Shown here one piece after another: positions 62,376 through 64,000 of a DNA stretch of 64,000 bases (positions are counted from its first letter, which is position 1; each line of letters begins with the position of its first letter). A program made the translations under genes and the position numbers. The stretch comes from Acholeplasmataceae bacterium. Lineage in GTDB: Bacteria; Bacillota_I; Bacilli_A; Acholeplasmatales; Acholeplasmataceae. Under the pieces are notes generated by a model that searched no databases, was not told the origin of the DNA, and saw nothing but the letters and a program-made list of their open reading frames with translations. The stretch lies in NCBI GenBank assembly GCA_041654955.1, contig JBAZCK010000001.1, positions 57,879 through 121,878 on the forward strand, in the 5' to 3' direction.

Positions 62376-63648
62376 ATTTCTAGTTACCTACGGGTTAAAA
62401 AAACGTGTTGCAAGAAAATCATTTTTGATCGCAAATATCGTGATCATGTTGCTATTTGTAGCAATTGTTAATCTACCAACAATCATTGGATGGTTTGGTA
62501 GTGATGAAGATGAAATGACTAATGTTTATGTTGATGTTTATAATGAAACAACAATGACAGCTATTGGCGCAGATTTAGAAACTATTTTAAATGAGCCATT
62601 TGAAGGTTATGAATATTACGTATTTAGTGAACAAAATGGCACATTTGATGCAGATGCTTTTTGGGAAGATGCAGAAAAAAATGTTGTGCTTGTGATTAGT
62701 GGAACAGTGAGTAGTCCTAGTATAGATATTTATTCTAAAATGCCTGAATATAATCAAATGATGATGAGTCAGTTAGAACTATTGATTATCAATTATCAAA
62801 TTGATGATTATCAATCACCAACATTTAATGCAATCATGGCTCCTGATTATGAAGATCCAGAAGAAGAAGCAGCGCTATCTTCATTAATGAGTTTATTAGT
62901 TCTACCTTTATTTATATTAATTACGATGGCGACTCAATTTGTTGGTGTTGACATTATCGAAGAAAAATCTACTAAAGCTATTGAAACGATTATCGCAAGT
63001 GTTCCTGCAAAATTGCATTTCTTATCAAAGATTGCAGCTAGTATATCATTTGTATTAATTCAAGGTTTACTTATCTTAGTTTATGGTGGTATTGCAGCAT
63101 TAGTTGGTAATTTAAGTGCTCAAAGCGGCTCAGTGATGCCTTCAGGTTTTGATTCTCATTTACTGCTTTATTTAAGTGATCTATTACCTAACTGGCCTGT
63201 GATATTAATGATTTCATTACTCTTTGTAGTGGTTGGTACATTATTTTATTTAGTGATTGCAGCATTGTTTGCATCAATGGCAGTTACACAAGAAGATTAT
63301 CAACAATTCCAATCTCCACTCATGCTTATGTTATTAGGTGGATTTTATATCGGGATTTTTGCACCACTTGTTGATGGATATGGCTTCATGAAAATTATGG
63401 CATTTGTACCGATATTCACGCCAATGGTTGCACCAATTGCATATGCGTCTGGTATTATGACATTACTAGAAGCTATCATTGCATTAGTCGTGATGATTGG
63501 TGTACTTATAGGTTCATTATATGTAGTTTCACCTGTTTATAAGGTAGCTATTTTAAGTTATGATCAAACAAAATTCTTTAAACGCGTTAAGTCATACTTC
63601 AAAAAAGCATTTACTAAAACTAAAGTAACAGATAAAAAAGATGTGTAA
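62362..63648 (+). CDS. ABC-2 type permease (YhaP/NatB-like)
   Basis: EEKSTKAIE motif; N-terminal TM, extracellular domain, further TM helices. Confidence 0.88.
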   Translation: MKKFKFLVTYGLKKRVARKSFLIANIVIMLLFVAIVNLPTIIGWFGSDEDEMTNVYVDVYNETTMTAIGADLETILNEPFEGYEYYVFSEQNGTFDADAFWEDAEKNVVLVISGTVSSPSIDIYSKMPEYNQMMMSQLELLIINYQIDDYQSPTFNAIMAPDYEDPEEEAALSSLMSLLVLPLFILITMATQFVGVDIIEEKSTKAIETIIASVPAKLHFLSKIAASISFVLIQGLLILVYGGIAALVGNLSAQSGSVMPSGFDSHLLLYLSDLLPNWPVILMISLLFVVVGTLFYLVIAALFASMAVTQEDYQQFQSPLMLMLLGGFYIGIFAPLVDGYGFMKIMAFVPIFTPMVAPIAYASGIMTLLEAIIALVVMIGVLIGSLYVVSPVYKVAILSYDQTKFFKRVKSYFKKAFTKTKVTDKKDV

Positions 63649-63650
63649 TT

Positions 63651-63926
63651 ATGTCTGAGGATCCTATTTTATTAGCATCAACAGCAAGTGCATTAATTCT
63701 TATACCAATATTAAGCAAGTGGTTAAGTTTAAAGAAGTTAAAGTATGTATTCATACCACCAATCTTAGCGCTTGTTATATCATTTCCATTATTTGTTTTT
63801 CTTGTAATCGTACAAAATATAAGTATTGGAAGATATTTGTTTTATATATCAATGAGTTTATGGACCGGTGGATTTTTCGCAATTTTTATAAGTTTATACA
63901 TCTATAAAAAAAATAAAAAAAAGTGA
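63651..63926 (+). CDS. Small hypothetical membrane protein
   Basis: Three hydrophobic segments, basic tail; 2 nt after the permease stop. Confidence 0.6.
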   Translation: MSEDPILLASTASALILIPILSKWLSLKKLKYVFIPPILALVISFPLFVFLVIVQNISIGRYLFYISMSLWTGGFFAIFISLYIYKKNKKK

Positions 63927-63932
63927 GATTGA

Positions 63933-64000
63933 TTATTCAATCTCATTTTTCTTTAGTAATTCAATTTGTTTTGTTAAAAGTTCATTGGTAAGTTTCGTTT
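63933..64000 (-). CDS. Possible 3' end of a convergent gene
   Basis: Minus frame open to the window edge (..TKLTNELLTKQIELLKKNEIE*); ends in the hairpin TGAGATTGA/TCAATCTCA. Confidence 0.35.
   Translation of the reverse strand, partial: TKLTNELLTKQIELLKKNEIE

Overview
A low-GC, gene-dense, almost entirely + strand chromosomal segment. TGA is used as a stop and TGG for Trp (code 11). The gene set is Firmicutes-like but streamlined (alpha2-type GlyRS, short TopA, dnaB/dnaI, T-box thrS), so I infer an Acholeplasmatales-type mollicute or close relative. Contents in order: heterodimeric ABC exporter, tldD/pmbA, a complete xylose regulon (ROK repressor, xylA, xylB, sugar ABC), ZIP plus DtxR/MntR, tandem mgtE, M32 carboxypeptidase, serine dehydratase, rlmD, cysK-cysE, an HmoA-like heme oxygenase with a YclNOPQ-like iron ABC importer, then core blocks (secG..trmK; tRNA-Arg; ftsK-lepB-rbgA-rnhB-topA; tpx-ftsY-ylxM-ffh; polA-mutM-coaE-dnaB-dnaI-thrS) and an ABC-2 exporter. 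I saw no CRISPR, prophage or IS. The most notable items are: (1) a near-identical copy of the regulated xylose-transporter promoter lying past the 3' end of xylR and firing antisense through the repressor gene toward xylAB (candidate excludon or non-contiguous operon); (2) a stand-alone ~100-nt sRNA candidate with two AUCCCCU seeds between topA and tpx; (3) a head-to-head scar of two 5'-truncated, possibly pilus/competence gene fragments; (4) a DnaA-box pair at the polA-dnaBI promoter. All calls come from reading the sequence only; no database search was run.
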